From: Sphyrna mokarran
Taxonomy: Eukaryota
Assembly (NCBI GenBank): GCA_024679065.1
Contig: JAGIQG010000043.1
Span: 1,860,001-1,924,000 of the forward strand
Direction of reading: 5' to 3'
DNA: 64,000 bases
The notes below the pieces were generated by a model. That model was not told where the DNA came from. It ran no database searches and was given only the letters and a program-made list of their open reading frames with translations. The translations under genes were made by a program, and so were the position numbers. This document shows positions 1 to 13,479 of this stretch, piece by piece. Within the stretch, counting starts at the first letter, position 1. The number at the start of each line of letters is the position of its first letter.

Positions 1-454
1 CGGGCTGACATGGACTGACATTTGGGCAGCACATCAGCCCGGTGATTAACACCGTTGGCTGGGCAGCTACGGAGACTTAGGGCGGATTACCGGCCACGGT
101 CAATGTCTGCGGGAGTTTGCACATTCTCCCTGTGCTGCGTGGGTTTTTCCCGGGCACTCCGGTTTCCTCCCACATCCCCACAAACGTGCCATTATAGGCA
201 AATTGGCGAAATCAAAGTGTCACTCAATTGGATCCCCTTAATTCGGCATAAATGTCCCCTAAATTTCCACCCCTCACGCGAGAGAGCAGCCCGAGCACAC
301 AGGACCGACAAAATGGCTCACCAGTAGGCCCATAGACATCTGGGATGACAATAAAAGACCTAGCTATAACACCTTAGCTGTGAACCCAACTCACGTTCCT
401 GAGCTAATAACACGACGTAAAGACTCGAACTAGGCACTCAGCCGAGTGTATTTA

Positions 455-2532
455 AATTATAGGCCGGTGAGTTTGACGTCAGTGCTAGGGAAGCTGTTGG
501 AGGGGATTCTTAGAGATAGGATGGATGGGCACTTAGAATGTTGCATTCTGATTAGGGATACGCAGCATGGGTTTGTTAAGGAGAGGTCGTGCCTAACAAA
601 CCTGGTAGAATTTTTTGAGGAGGTGATGAAATCAGTGGACGAAGGGCGAGCCGTTGATGTTGTCTATTTGGATTTTAGTAAGGCGTTTGACAAAGTCCCT
701 CATGGGAGGTTAGTCGAGAAGGTCAAGGCAAATGGGATACAAAGACAGGTAGCTAGATGGATAAGTAACTGGCTTGGTAATAGGAGACAGAGAGTAATAG
801 TGGAAGGGTGTTTCTCTAGCTGGAGGTCAGTCACTAGTGGTGTGCCGCAGGGCTCGGTACTGGGACCTCTTCTATTTGTAATATATATAAATGACTTGGA
901 AGAGGGAGTAAGTGGAGTGATCAGCAAGTTTGCAGACGATACAAAGATGGCTGGACTTGCGGATAGCGAGGAGCATTGTCAGGCGATGCAGCAGGACATA
1001 GATAGGCTGGTAGCTTGGGCAGACAGATGGCAGATGGAATTCAATCCTGATAAATGTGAGGTGATGCATTTCGGGAGAAAGAATGTAGGGGGGAGGTATA
1101 TGATAAAGGGTAGACCTATTAAGAGTATGGAAACGCAGAGGGACCTGGGGGTGCAGGTGAACAAGTCTCTGAAGGTGGCAGAGCAAGTGGAGAAGGTTGT
1201 GAAGAAAGCATATAGTATGTTAGCCTTTATAGGAAGGGGTATAGAGTACAAGAGCTGGCCTTTAATGTTGCAGTTGTATAAAACGCTGGTTAGACCTCAT
1301 TTGGAATACTGCGTCCAGTTCTGGTCACCTTACTACCGGAAGGAAGTGGAGACTCCGGAGAGAGTGCAGAGGAAGTTTACCAGAATGCTGCCTGGTGTGG
1401 AAGATCTGAGTTATGAGGAGAGATTAGGCAAATTGGGACTGTTTTCTTTCGAAAGACGTAGACTTAGAGGAGATCTAATAGAGGTGTACAAGATTTTGAA
1501 GGCGATTGATAGAGTAGCGTTCTCCCCGTAGTTGCGTGGGTTTTCTCCGGGCGCTCCGGTTTCCTCCCACAACCCAAAAATTCGCTCTTAGGCTGATTGG
1601 GAAACAAATTGTCCCTATAGTGAGAGTCCTCCATATTAGGAATAACCTAATTTTATATTATGATAATGGAATTGCTACTATATAGTTATGATGGCAGTGC
1701 GGGCTCGTTGGGCCAAAGGGCCTGTTTCCCATGCTGTGTTGCTCTTAAAAAAAAGTAAACAGGGTTAAGCTTTTTCCTAGGATGGACTCAAATAGCACGA
1801 GAGGTCACGGGCTTAGGGTGAGGGGGGTAAGGTATAATTTGGATGCTGGAGGTTGTTTTTTCACACAGTGGGTGGTGGGAGTATGGAATGCGCTGCCAAG
1901 TAAAGTTGTGGAGGCAGGTAGTCTGGAGTTATTTAAGACATACTTAGATGGGCACATGAACGGAATAGGAATGGAGGGGTATAGAAAACTGATTTAAATA
2001 GGAATCATGAGCCTTGGGAGTCCCTGGGAAGTGTATAAAATAGATGATGATATTGATGGACGTGTTTTTATCCTGCAGGTGCTTTGGTCCACCTTGTTGT
2101 CTAACGAGGGGCATACACACGATCGGTCGTGAGAGGACTGCTCTTGGATTTTTTTCAAGAGTATCCTACTGCTTCACGTTGTTAGTGTATGCTTGACCTG
2201 AACCATCTGATGGGCAACACGACAGCTCAGTGACTATCGCTGTGCTGTGCAGATACATGGATTTGGCCCTGTGTCTGTGGGAGTTTGCGCATTCTCCGAG
2301 TGCCTCCGTGGGTTTTCTCCGGGAGCTCTGGTTTCCTCCCACATCCCAAAGATGTGCTCTTAGGCTAATTGGCAAAACAAATTCTCCCTAAATTGACTCA
2401 AATTTGGTTTTTAATCCATGGATCTATAAGCATGGACAGGGATCGCGGGTAGAGGTGGGAACATCGGGGTGGTGGCGCGGGCTCGTTGCGCCGAAGGGCC
2501 TGTTTCCCGTGCTGTTTTCTTCTTTGTTCTTT
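455..2532 (+). mobile_element. 5'-truncated CR1-clade LINE (RT) with composite SINE-containing 3' UTR
   Basis: ORF 446-1531 has [24 protein letters not shown] and KFADD motifs; the C-terminal fragment resumes at ~1757; ends in a tctttgttcttt tail. Confidence 0.95.
1518..1753 (+). mobile_element. 5'-truncated SINE nested in the CR1 ORF2
   Basis: Interrupts gatagagta|aacagggttaag (intact in the copies near 30725 and 37700); V-SINE-like core, A-rich end, AGTA duplicated on both sides. Confidence 0.8.
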
Positions 2533-2550
2533 ATATTTATTTTATACTGA

Positions 2551-4714
2551 AGGCCAGTGTCATTCACATCCACTGATGGACCAATTGTCGTATCGATTCA
2601 TCAATTGACATTGTCTCTGCTTCTCGCTACCTCCAAAATTGGCGTGCTTATCCAATGAGCCCACACACCCGGGACATACTGTCTTCCACCTACTTCCGTC
2701 AGTAAATAAATGCAAAAGTCTGAGGTCATGTACCGACCAACTTAAGAACAGCTTCTTCCCTGCTGCCAACAGACATTTGAATAAACATATTATTTATTAA
2801 GCTGCTGTTTCTCTACACCTATAACTGTAACAACATATTCTGCACCCTCGCCTTTCCTTCTCCCCTATGTTCTCTCTGAAATGTATGTTTTGTCCGCAAG
2901 AAGCAATACTTTTCAGTGTATCCGAAACCATGTAACAATAATAAATCAATTCAAATCAAATTAAATCAAACATCTCAAAAAACAACTTTCGCTTCCCATG
3001 TTTTCTTCATAATGAAGTGTATCATTATTTCCAGGACAACAGGCCACTGCCACAGTGTTTGTAACCTACACCAGCATCCTTCGGCCCACACTCTATCCTT
3101 CTGCCCCCAAAATGTTCTATTATTATCTCCCTCCTGTGTTGATCCATTTTCTCCCGAAACGAGTATCTAATATTGAACTTAACTCAGCCCTGTTGTATCG
3201 AGTTCCACGTTCTATGCAATGTCTAGGAAAGGTATTTCTCTTGAACTCAATTTTGGATATTTTAGGGAACTGTTGCTGTTTAGGTTGCTGTTGGTCCAAT
3301 GTTCTTTTGTCCCCTCACTTTCTATACATGTATCCATTTGAATCTTTCCTATCTTCAAGACCTATTTTTGGTCATCCCCCAGTCGAATATTTTGTACTGT
3401 AATGAACAAAGAACAAAGAACAACACAACACAGTAACACAACACGGGAAAAAGGCCCTTCGACCCAACGAGCCTGTGCCACCATTTTAACATTGTGAGTG
3501 CCCTCTTCTACCCATGACCTTTGTCTATGCCTATTGGATTCCACAATAAAGGAATCATAACCAGATTGAGGGACGACTAATTTAGGAACGATTTGCTCAT
3601 GCTCAATTTTAACTAATATGATAACATTACAGCATTACATTACTGCTATCAATCTAATCAAAATATTGCCCACAATTCAACGCCATTCATCACTTCTATA
3701 CAGATATCCTGTAACCTGGCAATCTAGATTCAATGAACACATTTGGACAGATTGGACTCACCAACGCAATGCTTGATTTTGCAAACATGTTGTAACGTGT
3801 TGGTTCTTTGGATGCTCTCCTTCCTGCTCAAACCCAAATGAAAATGCATAATACATTAAAAAATATATATAAGATAGGAACATGCATGTCGAAGCTATGC
3901 AGTAATCAGACAGGACCAAATGTCGACGTTCTCTTGACATGGTGCAGGTTCCATTAGGCGGTAAGAAAGCCAAGGTGATAAGCCGTGCTCCTTTACTCTT
4001 TGTTATTGACAACGCAGCCCCAAACGAAATTTGACATGGCAGTCCTTTGGGCAGACTCCACCAACGCCCCTGCTTTCTAAGGAAGCTAAGGAAATTCGGC
4101 AAGTCCGCATTGACTCAAATCAAATGTTAATGATGCAGCACAATAAAACATCTTTTCCGGATGGTTCACATCTTGGTGTGGCTTCTGTTCCGACCAAGAT
4201 CATAAGGCACTACTACCAAGGGTTATGAATAAAGTCCAGTTTAATGCACAAAGTAACCTCTTTTCCAAGGCAGAGGGAAATGTAGACAGAGTCAATGGAT
4301 ATTGACTTTGTCTACACTTCCCGCTGACTTGGAAAAGCAGCCAGCAGAATCAAAGACCCTTTGCACCCTGGACATACACACTTCTACTTCCTTCCGTCGG
4401 GAAAAAAAATATAAATGTCTGAGGTCATCTAACAACCAACCAAGAACAGTTTCTCCCTGCTGCCGTCAGACTTTTGACCTCTATTGTATTATGTTCATCC
4501 TTCTCTGCACCCCAGCACCACTATAACATTACCCTGCGTACTCTCCTTTCCTTCTCTATAAACGGTGTGCTTTGGCTGCACAGCGTGCAAGAAACCATCC
4601 TTTTCACTGTATGTTAATACATTCGACAGCAAATAAATCAAATCAAACATTAAGGCTTTCTTCAAATGAAGAGGAAACAGATGAAACGATCTTAAGTGCG
4701 TCATATCCCGGAAA
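2551..4714 (+). repeat. Segmental duplication copy 1 (paralogous to 57659-64000)
   Basis: Collinear unique and repeat junctions from aggccagtgtcatt to atatcccggaaa. Confidence 0.9.
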
Positions 4715-7509
4715 CAGAATGTGAGCTCTCAGTTGTAGATGCTCCCGTTGCCGCAGTTTGTACCAATAGATAACCCCCCTATTCCAACAAGCCCATGTAA
4801 CAATGTACCTTGTATGTGCATCCAAGCGACGGAGTCTGGATTGCTGGGGTCTGTGGCAAAACTGCGTGAGATACAATACCTGAAAGAGACAAGGTTATCA
4901 CTACCTGTTCTGCTACAGCAGGATAGAAAACATTATTCCTCTGAAGAATGGACTACATCAAAATATAAAATACACTATCCTTTCATCAATAAATCATACT
5001 GAGCTCAAATGTTGGCGGTTAGATTTAAATCAATAACCGAAACAAGGAAGGAAGAGGAACAATGCACAGGGATGAAGGGTAATGTGTTTTGGTAATGGCA
5101 GCACAACAGACGCGATTGCAAGGTTGAAAAGGGAAGAAACAAAGTTAGAGCGAGGGCCAATGTGATACTGACTCAGATCATGGATTTGCTGCCGTGGGTT
5201 GGGGAATAAACCACGTGAGAATGCGTGGAAAACCAACAACACATCACCCCCACCATCATCACCTTATTGTTTCACAACCCACCCTCACACCACCCAAATC
5301 CAACCACCCTCTTGGGTTGATTGGCTAAATTACGTTGCCCCTTTACGTGCAAAGATGCGCCAGTTAGATGAATTGGCTAAGGTAAATTGTCCCTTTTCCG
5401 CCCAAAGATGAATAGGTTGAGTGGATGGTCCCTTAATATACAAAGATGTGCGATTGGATACGGATATGGAGATAGGGCCTGGATGGGATGTTGTCAATAC
5501 TCACTGGATCCAATGGCATCCTTCTGCTCTGTAGGGATTCTACAATTCTATGGTTCTGATAATTGGTGCCTGAGGATCTTTTACCTCCCGAAAGGGCACA
5601 TTGGCTGTTTCTTTTGAGCATCTCTTAGATTTGGAGAATAGGAACATGTCAGTGATTTGGAGGAATGACTTCCTTCAACAGAAAGTTATTTATTATTAGT
5701 GTTATAATTAGGTTTGGATTTACACTGCAATGAATTTACCGTGAAAATCCCCTGTTCACCACACACTGGTGCTTGTTCGGGTACACTGAGGGAGAACTTA
5801 GCATGGCCACTGCACCTAACTAGCACGCCTTTCGGACTGTGGGAGGAAACCAGAGCACCCTGAGGAAACCCAGGCAGACACGGGGAGAATGTGCAGACCC
5901 CATACACTCAGTGACCCAAACTAAGAATCGAATCTGGGACCGTCGCACCACGAGACAGCCGCGTGCCACCTTGCCGTCCTGTGCATTCAACTTTCCACTT
6001 GTTGGGCTATTTCATTTTTCTTAACTCACCACTGAGTCAATTCTGAATGAGAAATAAAGAAATCATAAACGTTAGAAGAGATAGTTGTTTTGGGCACAAT
6101 CAGTTTTTCTGGTGCTTATTATCCAATCGGGATTTGCATATTTGTCTTCATTTAAGTCTAGCCATATTTGTCCTCACCATTTCTCCCTCTTCAATTTGCC
6201 GCATTCCCATTTCATTTATTTGCCCCTGTGGCAGTGAGTTCAAAACTCTTACTGCTCACAATGCAAATAAGTTCCTCTGGAAGTCCAGACTGGACTACAT
6301 GTTGAGTATTTTACAAGGATGACTTCAGATCATGTGATCCTCTGTGACAATAACGCTTCTAAATAATGCTGGGACACATGTGGTTCCCCTGGAGTGCCTT
6401 GTTTCCGGTGGAGTTTTCCTTAGAACAAAACAACTGATGACTGGCCGTATTCTCGACACCAGGTGATGCATTTCTCAGAACTCCCACTACATAAAACAAG
6501 AAGTATTATGAATAGAAGGAAACAATGCAGCCACTCGGACTAGCTCTGTTACTCAGGCAGAGCATCCTTGATCTTATATCATACTTGCACTTTCTTGTTT
6601 GTTCTACATTATCATATCTCATGAGACCAGAGATTACAGTTCTGTCCATCGTCGCCTTTAATTGACTTAATTGTATTGCAGCCACATCGAATATTGTAGG
6701 TGGCGCTGTTCACAGCCATTTCCTCAGCACGAATTAATTCTGGGCAATGCTTGTCGAGCTACGCCAGGCGGCCCTGTTAGCAGACACCACGTCTACGTGA
6801 GGTGACTCTGTTCACAGACACTCCCAATTTAATGGTTATTCTTAAAGAGCCGCTGCTTCTACAGTTGCTGAATATGTTCCTGCTCTTGATTTAGGCAATT
6901 CTCTTCACTGTCACTCTCTACACAGTAGCTGAACCGTTCCATCAAATCCCTTTTACCATTTCCCCCTTTCTGGAATGAAAATGCAAACATCTCCACACTC
7001 TTCATACAACAGAAGATTCCATTCCTAGTGCCAAGATAGCAAATCGCTTCTGGGCACTTTTGACCGCCGTAATACCCTTCCTATGGTTTCCCATTCATAA
7101 TCGTGCACAACATTCCTTCTTTGAAATGACGAGAATTTTCAAAGGCTTACATATAAATTGCCTCCTGAATGTTCAATTCCTCTGTAGAGAAACAAATTAA
7201 TTTTTTTTTTAGCAAATGACCCTCTCAATTCATCCTGCCAACTTCATTGTTTCAGTTTCTGCTGTTCTCTATCTCTTCAATCTTTCATCCTCTTTAAGGT
7301 TTTAACCATATTCCTTATTGGTGCCTGAACTCTTCATAATGGAATGCATCATATCATTCTTCTGGGTTAATATGGATCAGCCAAGTGGCTGTTTATGTTC
7401 ACCTGAAGTCAATTAGACCAGATGACCATTAGTTGTAGGAGCAAAATTTGGCCATTTGGTCCATCGCTTCTGCTCCACCATCCGGTCATCACTGATCGGT
7501 GTCTCATTC

Positions 7510-7835
7510 CATAGAAATCTACAGTGCAGAAAGAGGCCATTCAGTCTATCGAGTCCGCACCGAACGACAATCCTACCCAGGCCCTATCCCCTATTTTACC
7601 GGCTAATCCCTTTCACCTACGCATCCCATGCCTCAAAGGGACAATTTAGCTTGGCCAATCCATTGAACCTGCAATCTTTGGATTGTGGGAGGAAACCGGA
7701 GCACTGGGAGGAAACCCACGCAGACACGGGGAGAATGTGCAAACTGCGCACAGACAGTGACCCGAGCTGGGAATCGAACCCAGGTCCTTAGAGCTGTGAA
7801 ACAATGGTGCTAACCACTATGCTACTGTGCCGTGC
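7510..7835 (-). mobile_element. tRNA-derived V-SINE (HE1-like)
   Basis: A/B-box head (ggcacagtagcatagtggttagcac...gggttcgattccc), V core, CR1-like tail. Similar copies at about 5680-5975(-), 10615-10870(-), 11170-11495(+), 15610-16140(+), 18910-19145(+), 21805-22100(+), 47105-47385(-) and 52645-53045(+). Confidence 0.8.
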
Positions 7836-8831
7836 CATTCTTCCTCTTTTTCCCTGATATATTTGATACTCTTACCAATCAAAAACGCATCAATCTGTTA
7901 AATACACTCAGTGACCTGGCCTCCAGAGTCTTCTGCGGCAATGAATTTCACAGATGCACCACCCTCTGGCTGAAGGCATAACTCCTCATCTCAGATCTTA
8001 AGAAATGCCCTGTTACTCTGAGAGGTGCCCTCGGAACCTAGTCATTCCTGCTAATGGGAGCATCTTCTCCACATCCACTCGACCCAGGCGTTTTAGTATT
8101 CTACAAATTTCAATGAGATCCCCCCACATTTCTAAACTCCATTGAATACAAACCCATTGCCCTCTGCAATGTAAGGTTTCTATGATTCTTAAACCTTTTC
8201 AATAAATTTATATTCTTCCAGTAATGAAGTGGCTTCAGCACTACACAGTATGCATGTTGTGGGCAACTGAGTGAACCGCATTCTGCTCCACCCTCAGAAT
8301 ACCCACACAGGCCCCTTTCACCTCAAACCTCACACTCAGGCCCCCTTCACCCTCAGACCCACAGCATGGTGCATTTTTCCATCACATCTTCCAGTTCACC
8401 CGTTTCCCTACTGAGACCTACGAGTCAGCCCTATTCCGGCCACGCGTCTTGGCACCGCTGCTCCAGGGAAGACACTGGATTCTTGGCATGACTGTCACCT
8501 GCCACCATATACCAGCATTGATGCAATCACCTCAATAGAAAATGTTAGCATTTAGGAAACTGGGGCACTTTCTGCATATCGGGTGGAGTACAACAAAGAA
8601 AAGAACAGTACAACACAAGAACAGGCCCTTCAGCCCACCAAGCCTACGTGGATCACCGATCCAGAACAAATACCTCTATCCCTCTATTATCCGCCTGTTG
8701 ATGTGTCTATCTACATGGATAGATAGATAGGGAGATAGAGATAGATAGAGAGAGAGGGATGGTGAGACAGAGAGGCAGAAAGAAACACGGTGACAGAGTG
8801 AGAGAGAGAGAGAGAGAGAGAGGCATGGTGT

Positions 8832-8988
8832 NNNNNNNNNNNNNNNNNNNNNNNNNNNNNNNNNNNNNNNNNNNNNNNNNNNNNNNNNNNNNNNNNNNNN
8901 NNNNNNNNNNNNNNNNNNNNNNNNNNNNNNNNNNNNNNNNNNNNNNNNNNNNNNNNNNNNNNNNNNNNNNNNNNNNNNNNNNNNNNNN
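8832..8988. other. Assembly gap (N) next to (GATA)n/(GA)n microsatellites
   Basis: Run of N. Confidence 1.
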
Positions 8989-9874
8989 TTTTCAATCTTA
9001 CCAATCATTGAACTCTAACGTCTTCCCTCATTCCAATGTGATTCAATGGTTGGAAGGAGGCCAATCTTCGGCATTCCCTCACTCCACAGATGCATTACAG
9101 CAGTTACTATCCACACCATCCAGTTTGTATAGTGAGGCCTTTGCCCCTTGTCCTCCCTAATTGCAACATGCCCTCTTGTCACCATCATTCCTGCCTTCAC
9201 ACCACCTACAGAATAATTCCGGATTTGCGGAAAGTGGCGAAGATCAAAATAGTCCTTCAATCAGAGGTGTAAACCTCCGGGGAAGTTGGGCTGCAGTGAG
9301 TGAGTGACAGTGGCATTGTTTTGAATCTGAACTTCCAGCACGCTCTTTACTATGTCCGAGTAAATTTCCAGGGGCGTTAATGTCATCCAGTGAAATCTGG
9401 ACAAGAAAGGAAGGAACAACTGGCATTATGGAATAGTGAGCATCAACTTTAATGCAGATTCCCCTGTGTGTCTCAGGGCTGTAACAGGTGCTGATAAGGA
9501 TTACCTGGAAACATTCCTTCCAGCTGCTGCTGGGGATCCTGACCCTTGCGTGAACTCACCCTTCCCATTCCTCCCCCTGATCTGGTGCTAGGCTGTGTAT
9601 GAAGGGAGTTCCAGGAGGTGTTCCAAAATCAACACACAGTTAGAGTTTGATTGGTGTGACGTTAGTGTTCCTTTAAGAAAAGATTATTTTTTTATTTAAA
9701 TCATGATCTCTGCAGCTCTCACAGTTAGTTTTTCTCAGCTCATATCCTTAGGTGATGTCATTGGTAGGAGGAGAATAAAAGTGCGCCAATCAGATGAGAA
9801 GGTTTGGTTTTAAATTGTTTTGGCCGCTGTGTTATAAGCAGAGCCAAATGAAGTCCCTCTGTCTTCTGTTTCAT

Positions 9875-9884
9875 TTTATTTATT
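9875..9884 (-). promoter_or_regulatory. Candidate polyadenylation signal of gene A
   Basis: Two overlapping AATAAA on the minus strand ~375 nt after the stop codon. Confidence 0.45.
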
Positions 9885-10258
9885 GGTCAATAGAAACATT
9901 TGATGCAGCGTTATTATCGAAGAAAAATTGATTTTACTAACATAAAGAAATTTACAACTAACAATCGCATCAGTAACTGGAGTTACAGAATATGCCGTTG
10001 AAGATTTCAACAAGAAACAGGGAATTACTTACTGTGTTACTTCACCTTAATACTGTAAAATATCTTTCACAATGCTGGAGGAACTCTTTGCACATTTGAA
10101 AAAATGAGCCAGTCTTTTTAAACTGTGGCCAGTGTGCGAGGAACGTTCAGCAGTTTGAAGGGGATGTATTTGCTCCCATGTTGATTTCCACAGGGCAGAA
10201 CATACATTGGTAATTCCAGTCTCCTGTATAATTCGTCACAGACAAAACACCCCGATTC

Positions 10259-10336
10259 TCATTTCCGGATCTTCTTTTTTGACCGCTTTTCCAATGCAGC
10301 CAAATCTAAGGAGGCGTAGAGAGGTCCACCCTGAGA
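10259..10336 (-). CDS. Gene A terminal coding exon SQGGPLYASLDLAALEKRSKKKIRK*
   Basis: Acceptor catttcccag, phase 0, YASL motif, TGA at 10259-10261. Confidence 0.82.
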   Translation of the reverse strand, partial: SQGGPLYASLDLAALEKRSKKKIRK

Positions 10337-10428
10337 CTGGGAAATGTATTAAATAGAAATTAAAATAAAGGACTGTTTCCCAAAATTCATTTCAATGTAT
10401 TTTCTTACAAGGGGTTCAATGCACTCAC

Positions 10429-10478
10429 CTGTATTCTACGCTGCGTTTTCAAGTTCGCCTCTGTTTGACCGTGATCCC
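10429..10478 (-). CDS. Gene A exon 7, cytoplasmic GDHGQTEANLKTQRRIQ
   Basis: Acceptor cttaacacacag, donor CAG|gtgagt, phase 1-0. Confidence 0.78.
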
Positions 10479-11699
10479 CTGTGTGTTAAGAGTTAAACTA
10501 TGAATTGAAGTGTCACACAAGCTATAGAATCTTTAAGGACATAGAAATATCTGGCGCCAATGACCACTTGTATATGAACAGTTTGAAGTCTATTTAATAG
10601 AGTACAAATAGGCTTACATTAACTCTGCAAGGATATTACTGGAAGAATTTCTTCCTCGTCACATTCTGGTGCTTGTTTCGATGCACTGAGGAAGAATTTA
10701 GCATCGCCAACGCACCTAAGTAGCATATTTTTTGAACTGTGGGCGGAGCACCCGGAAGAAACACACGCAAACACAGGGAGAACATGCAGACACGGCACAG
10801 ACAGATACCCAAGCCTGGAATCGACCCAAGGTCCCTGATGTTGCCAGAGAACAGTGCGAGCCACTGTGCCGCTGCAGTAACTTGTCAGACTACATTTAGT
10901 AATACACAGACCACTTAAATTTCGCCAACGTGACAAATATTCCACAATTCTTTACAAGCAGATAGACATGTAAGTGAAGGGGCCAAAGAATATGGGGAGA
11001 GGGCGCCATCAGGCTATTGAATTAGGTGATCAGCTATGATCATTTTGAATGGTGAAGCAGGAGCAAAATAAAGGCTGGTATCTTTCTGCTCCTATTTTGA
11101 ATGTTTCAATGTCAAATGGCCAACGGATGAATGAGGAAAATCTCACGCCATTATCTGTCGCTTGTTGTCCACCACAGGGTAGCACAGTGGTTATCACTGC
11201 TGCTTCACAGCCCCAGGGACCTGAGTTCGATTCCTGGCTAGGGTCACTGTCTGTGTAGAGTTTGCACATTCTTCTCGCGTCTGCATGAGTTTAATACGGT
11301 TGCTCCGATTTCCTCCCATGGTCCAAAGATGTGCGGGTTAGGTTGATTGGCTGTGCTAAAATTATTCCTTCATGTCCTGAGATGCGTATGTTAGAGGGGT
11401 TAGCGGGCGAACATTGGGATAGGATCTGGGTGGAATTGTGTTCGGTACAGACTCGATGGGACAAATGGCCTCCTTCTGTCCTGTAGGGTTTCTATCATCT
11501 GTGTTAATATCAACAATTTCCCCGTTCATGAAACCAACCGCTGCAAGAGTGTTGCATTTGCTGAAGATAAGGAACACACGCTATGGACAGCAATAGTAAG
11601 TGCACACATTATGGCTAATCCAACTAAACAAAGGAGGGGTCAGCCATTCCCTGGTTCATTCCTCCTGCCAGTGGTTTGACCAATCAGTCAAACGACCTC

Positions 11700-12340
11700 T
11701 TTTAACTATTTAGCAGGAAGTTAATAAGGCAAATGACATGTTGTCATTGATAGACCGAGGATTTGAGAACAAGAATGAGACATTTTACTACAATTGTACA
11801 GGGCGATGGGGAGAAGCCATATACGCAGTTTTGGAATCCTTATCTGAGGAATGATGTCCTTGCTATAGAGAGTGAATGTTTATCAACTGATTTCTGGTTG
11901 GCGGGTCGAATATATGAGGGGAGACTAACTCGATAGGATTGTATTGACTGGAGATAAGAAGATTGAGAGGGGACTTCAAGGAACCTTATAAAATTCTGAA
12001 AGGACTCGATAGGGTAGATTGAGAAGCAATGTTGCCGATCGTTAAGGTGCCCAGAACATGGGATAATAGTTTGAGGTTATAGAGGAAACTAAAATGAGGA
12101 GAAATGTCTTCACCTAGAGGGTGGTGAATGTATGGATTCATACCACAGAATATAGTTGAGGCTAAAACGTTGTGTGATTTCAGGAAGAAATTAAAAATTG
12201 TTCTTGGGATTGAGGGGATCAAATGGTATGGGGAAAGGAGATCAGATTGTTGAATTTGATTATCAGTCATTGTCGTAATGAATATCAGAGCCGGTTCGAA
12301 GTGCCGAATGGCATACTTCGTCTTCTATTTTCCATGTTAA
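11700..12340 (+). mobile_element. Old degenerate CR1 3' fragment in a gene A intron
   Basis: Decayed RT C-terminus DNA (agaagattgagaggggac, tataaaattctgaaaggactcgataggg) and tail. Confidence 0.7.
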
Positions 12341-12719
12341 CAATTGTAAGTAGATAATTGGCAATTATCAGTTAACTGGAGCATTCTCCATAAAAAGGCT
12401 GCAACCAATCAAAATCATTTTGCAAAATAGGTAAATTGTCTTCTCAGGAAGAATGCATAAATGTTTCCATTATACATGTTACTGTTGTGTTTTTTAGTGT
12501 GAATGAATACAAGACCAAACGCCTCGATGAAATGTTTTTGGTTGACAAAGCTCAAGTACTCCATTTATTCAAATTTTCTATCAAAAGTGCCTCAGAAGTT
12601 AACCATCAGTACAAAACAACTGGTGCATGCACCATAGAAGCGCCTCTACGAATCAATTTCCATTTCATTTTTTTAAAAATTCTGACATTTAAATTCACCA
12701 ACATTTCAGAAAAACTTAC

Positions 12720-12766
12720 CCATTTGTCGTCCCTTACGTTTCTCTCGCTGCCTTCTCTTGCTCAAG
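12720..12766 (-). CDS. Gene A exon 6, basic cytoplasmic LSKRRQREKRKGRQM
   Basis: Acceptor caattttag, donor G|gtaagt; phase 2-1 fits both neighbours. Confidence 0.78.
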
Positions 12767-12971
12767 CTAAAATTGGATGTAGGAAAAGAACGCCGAACAA
12801 ATGTTATATCTTGGCTAGCATATCTCAGATGCTGCACATTTTTGAAAGTAGGATTTTCCAATGATCTTATATAAATCAGTTTTCCAATTGAAATAGGTCT
12901 GACAAAATATAAGACAGAGAAAGAGGGGACAATGAACAATGTTGAAATTTGCACATTGTTCTCTTACTCAC

Positions 12972-13002
12972 GTGTCATTCTGGGATCCTATTTCTCTGTC
13001 AT
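12972..13002 (-). CDS. Gene A exon 5, cytoplasmic DDREIGSQND(T)
   Basis: Acceptor ttctatttcag, donor AC|gtgagt, phase 1-2. Confidence 0.78.
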
Positions 13003-13104
13003 CTGAAATAGAAGAATATACGATTAGCTAATTAAAAACTGCAAAGAGGATATCATATGGAGGAAAAAGATATTAAAGTGTCTCAGATAACCATTAATCT
13101 TCAC

Positions 13105-13206
13105 CTGATCTGCCGTGTTTACAAATCCAAATGGAAATCAGGACCGACAGCAGAATCAATATGGCCAGGACAGTGATTCCAACAGGAACCGTCTCTCTGC
13201 ACCATT
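13105..13206 (-). CDS. Gene A exon 4, stalk Cys + transmembrane helix
   Basis: ttttttctctatag acceptor; EWCRETVPVGITVLAILILLSVLISIWICKHGRS; donor G|gtgaag; 102 nt, phase 1-1. Confidence 0.88.
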
Positions 13207-13479
13207 CTATAGAGAAAAAAGAACACTTAGAAAATGCCATCGGTCAAATCATTCTTTTCCGGGGTTCTCTAACCAAGTTAAAACTGCAGAGTCACCAAAA
13301 TAGGGGCAGAATATAGGAAATGAAACATAGCTGTTGGGATGGAGAGTGGAGAATGAACACACAAAATGGAATTGATGACACAATATTTGATTGTGGAGAA
13401 CAATTAGATGACAGCACTGTCAGAGTTGTCCTAAATTCACGGTGTATCAGATTGTGTTAGACCATAAGATCAGGAGACA

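Noticed and set aside
8676-9160. ORFs spanning N runs (also 17588-17940)
   Set aside because: Artefacts of assembly gaps and microsatellites.
11175-11245. tRNA-like A/B boxes
   Set aside because: These are heads of tRNA-derived SINEs continuing into the V core, not cloverleaf tRNA genes.
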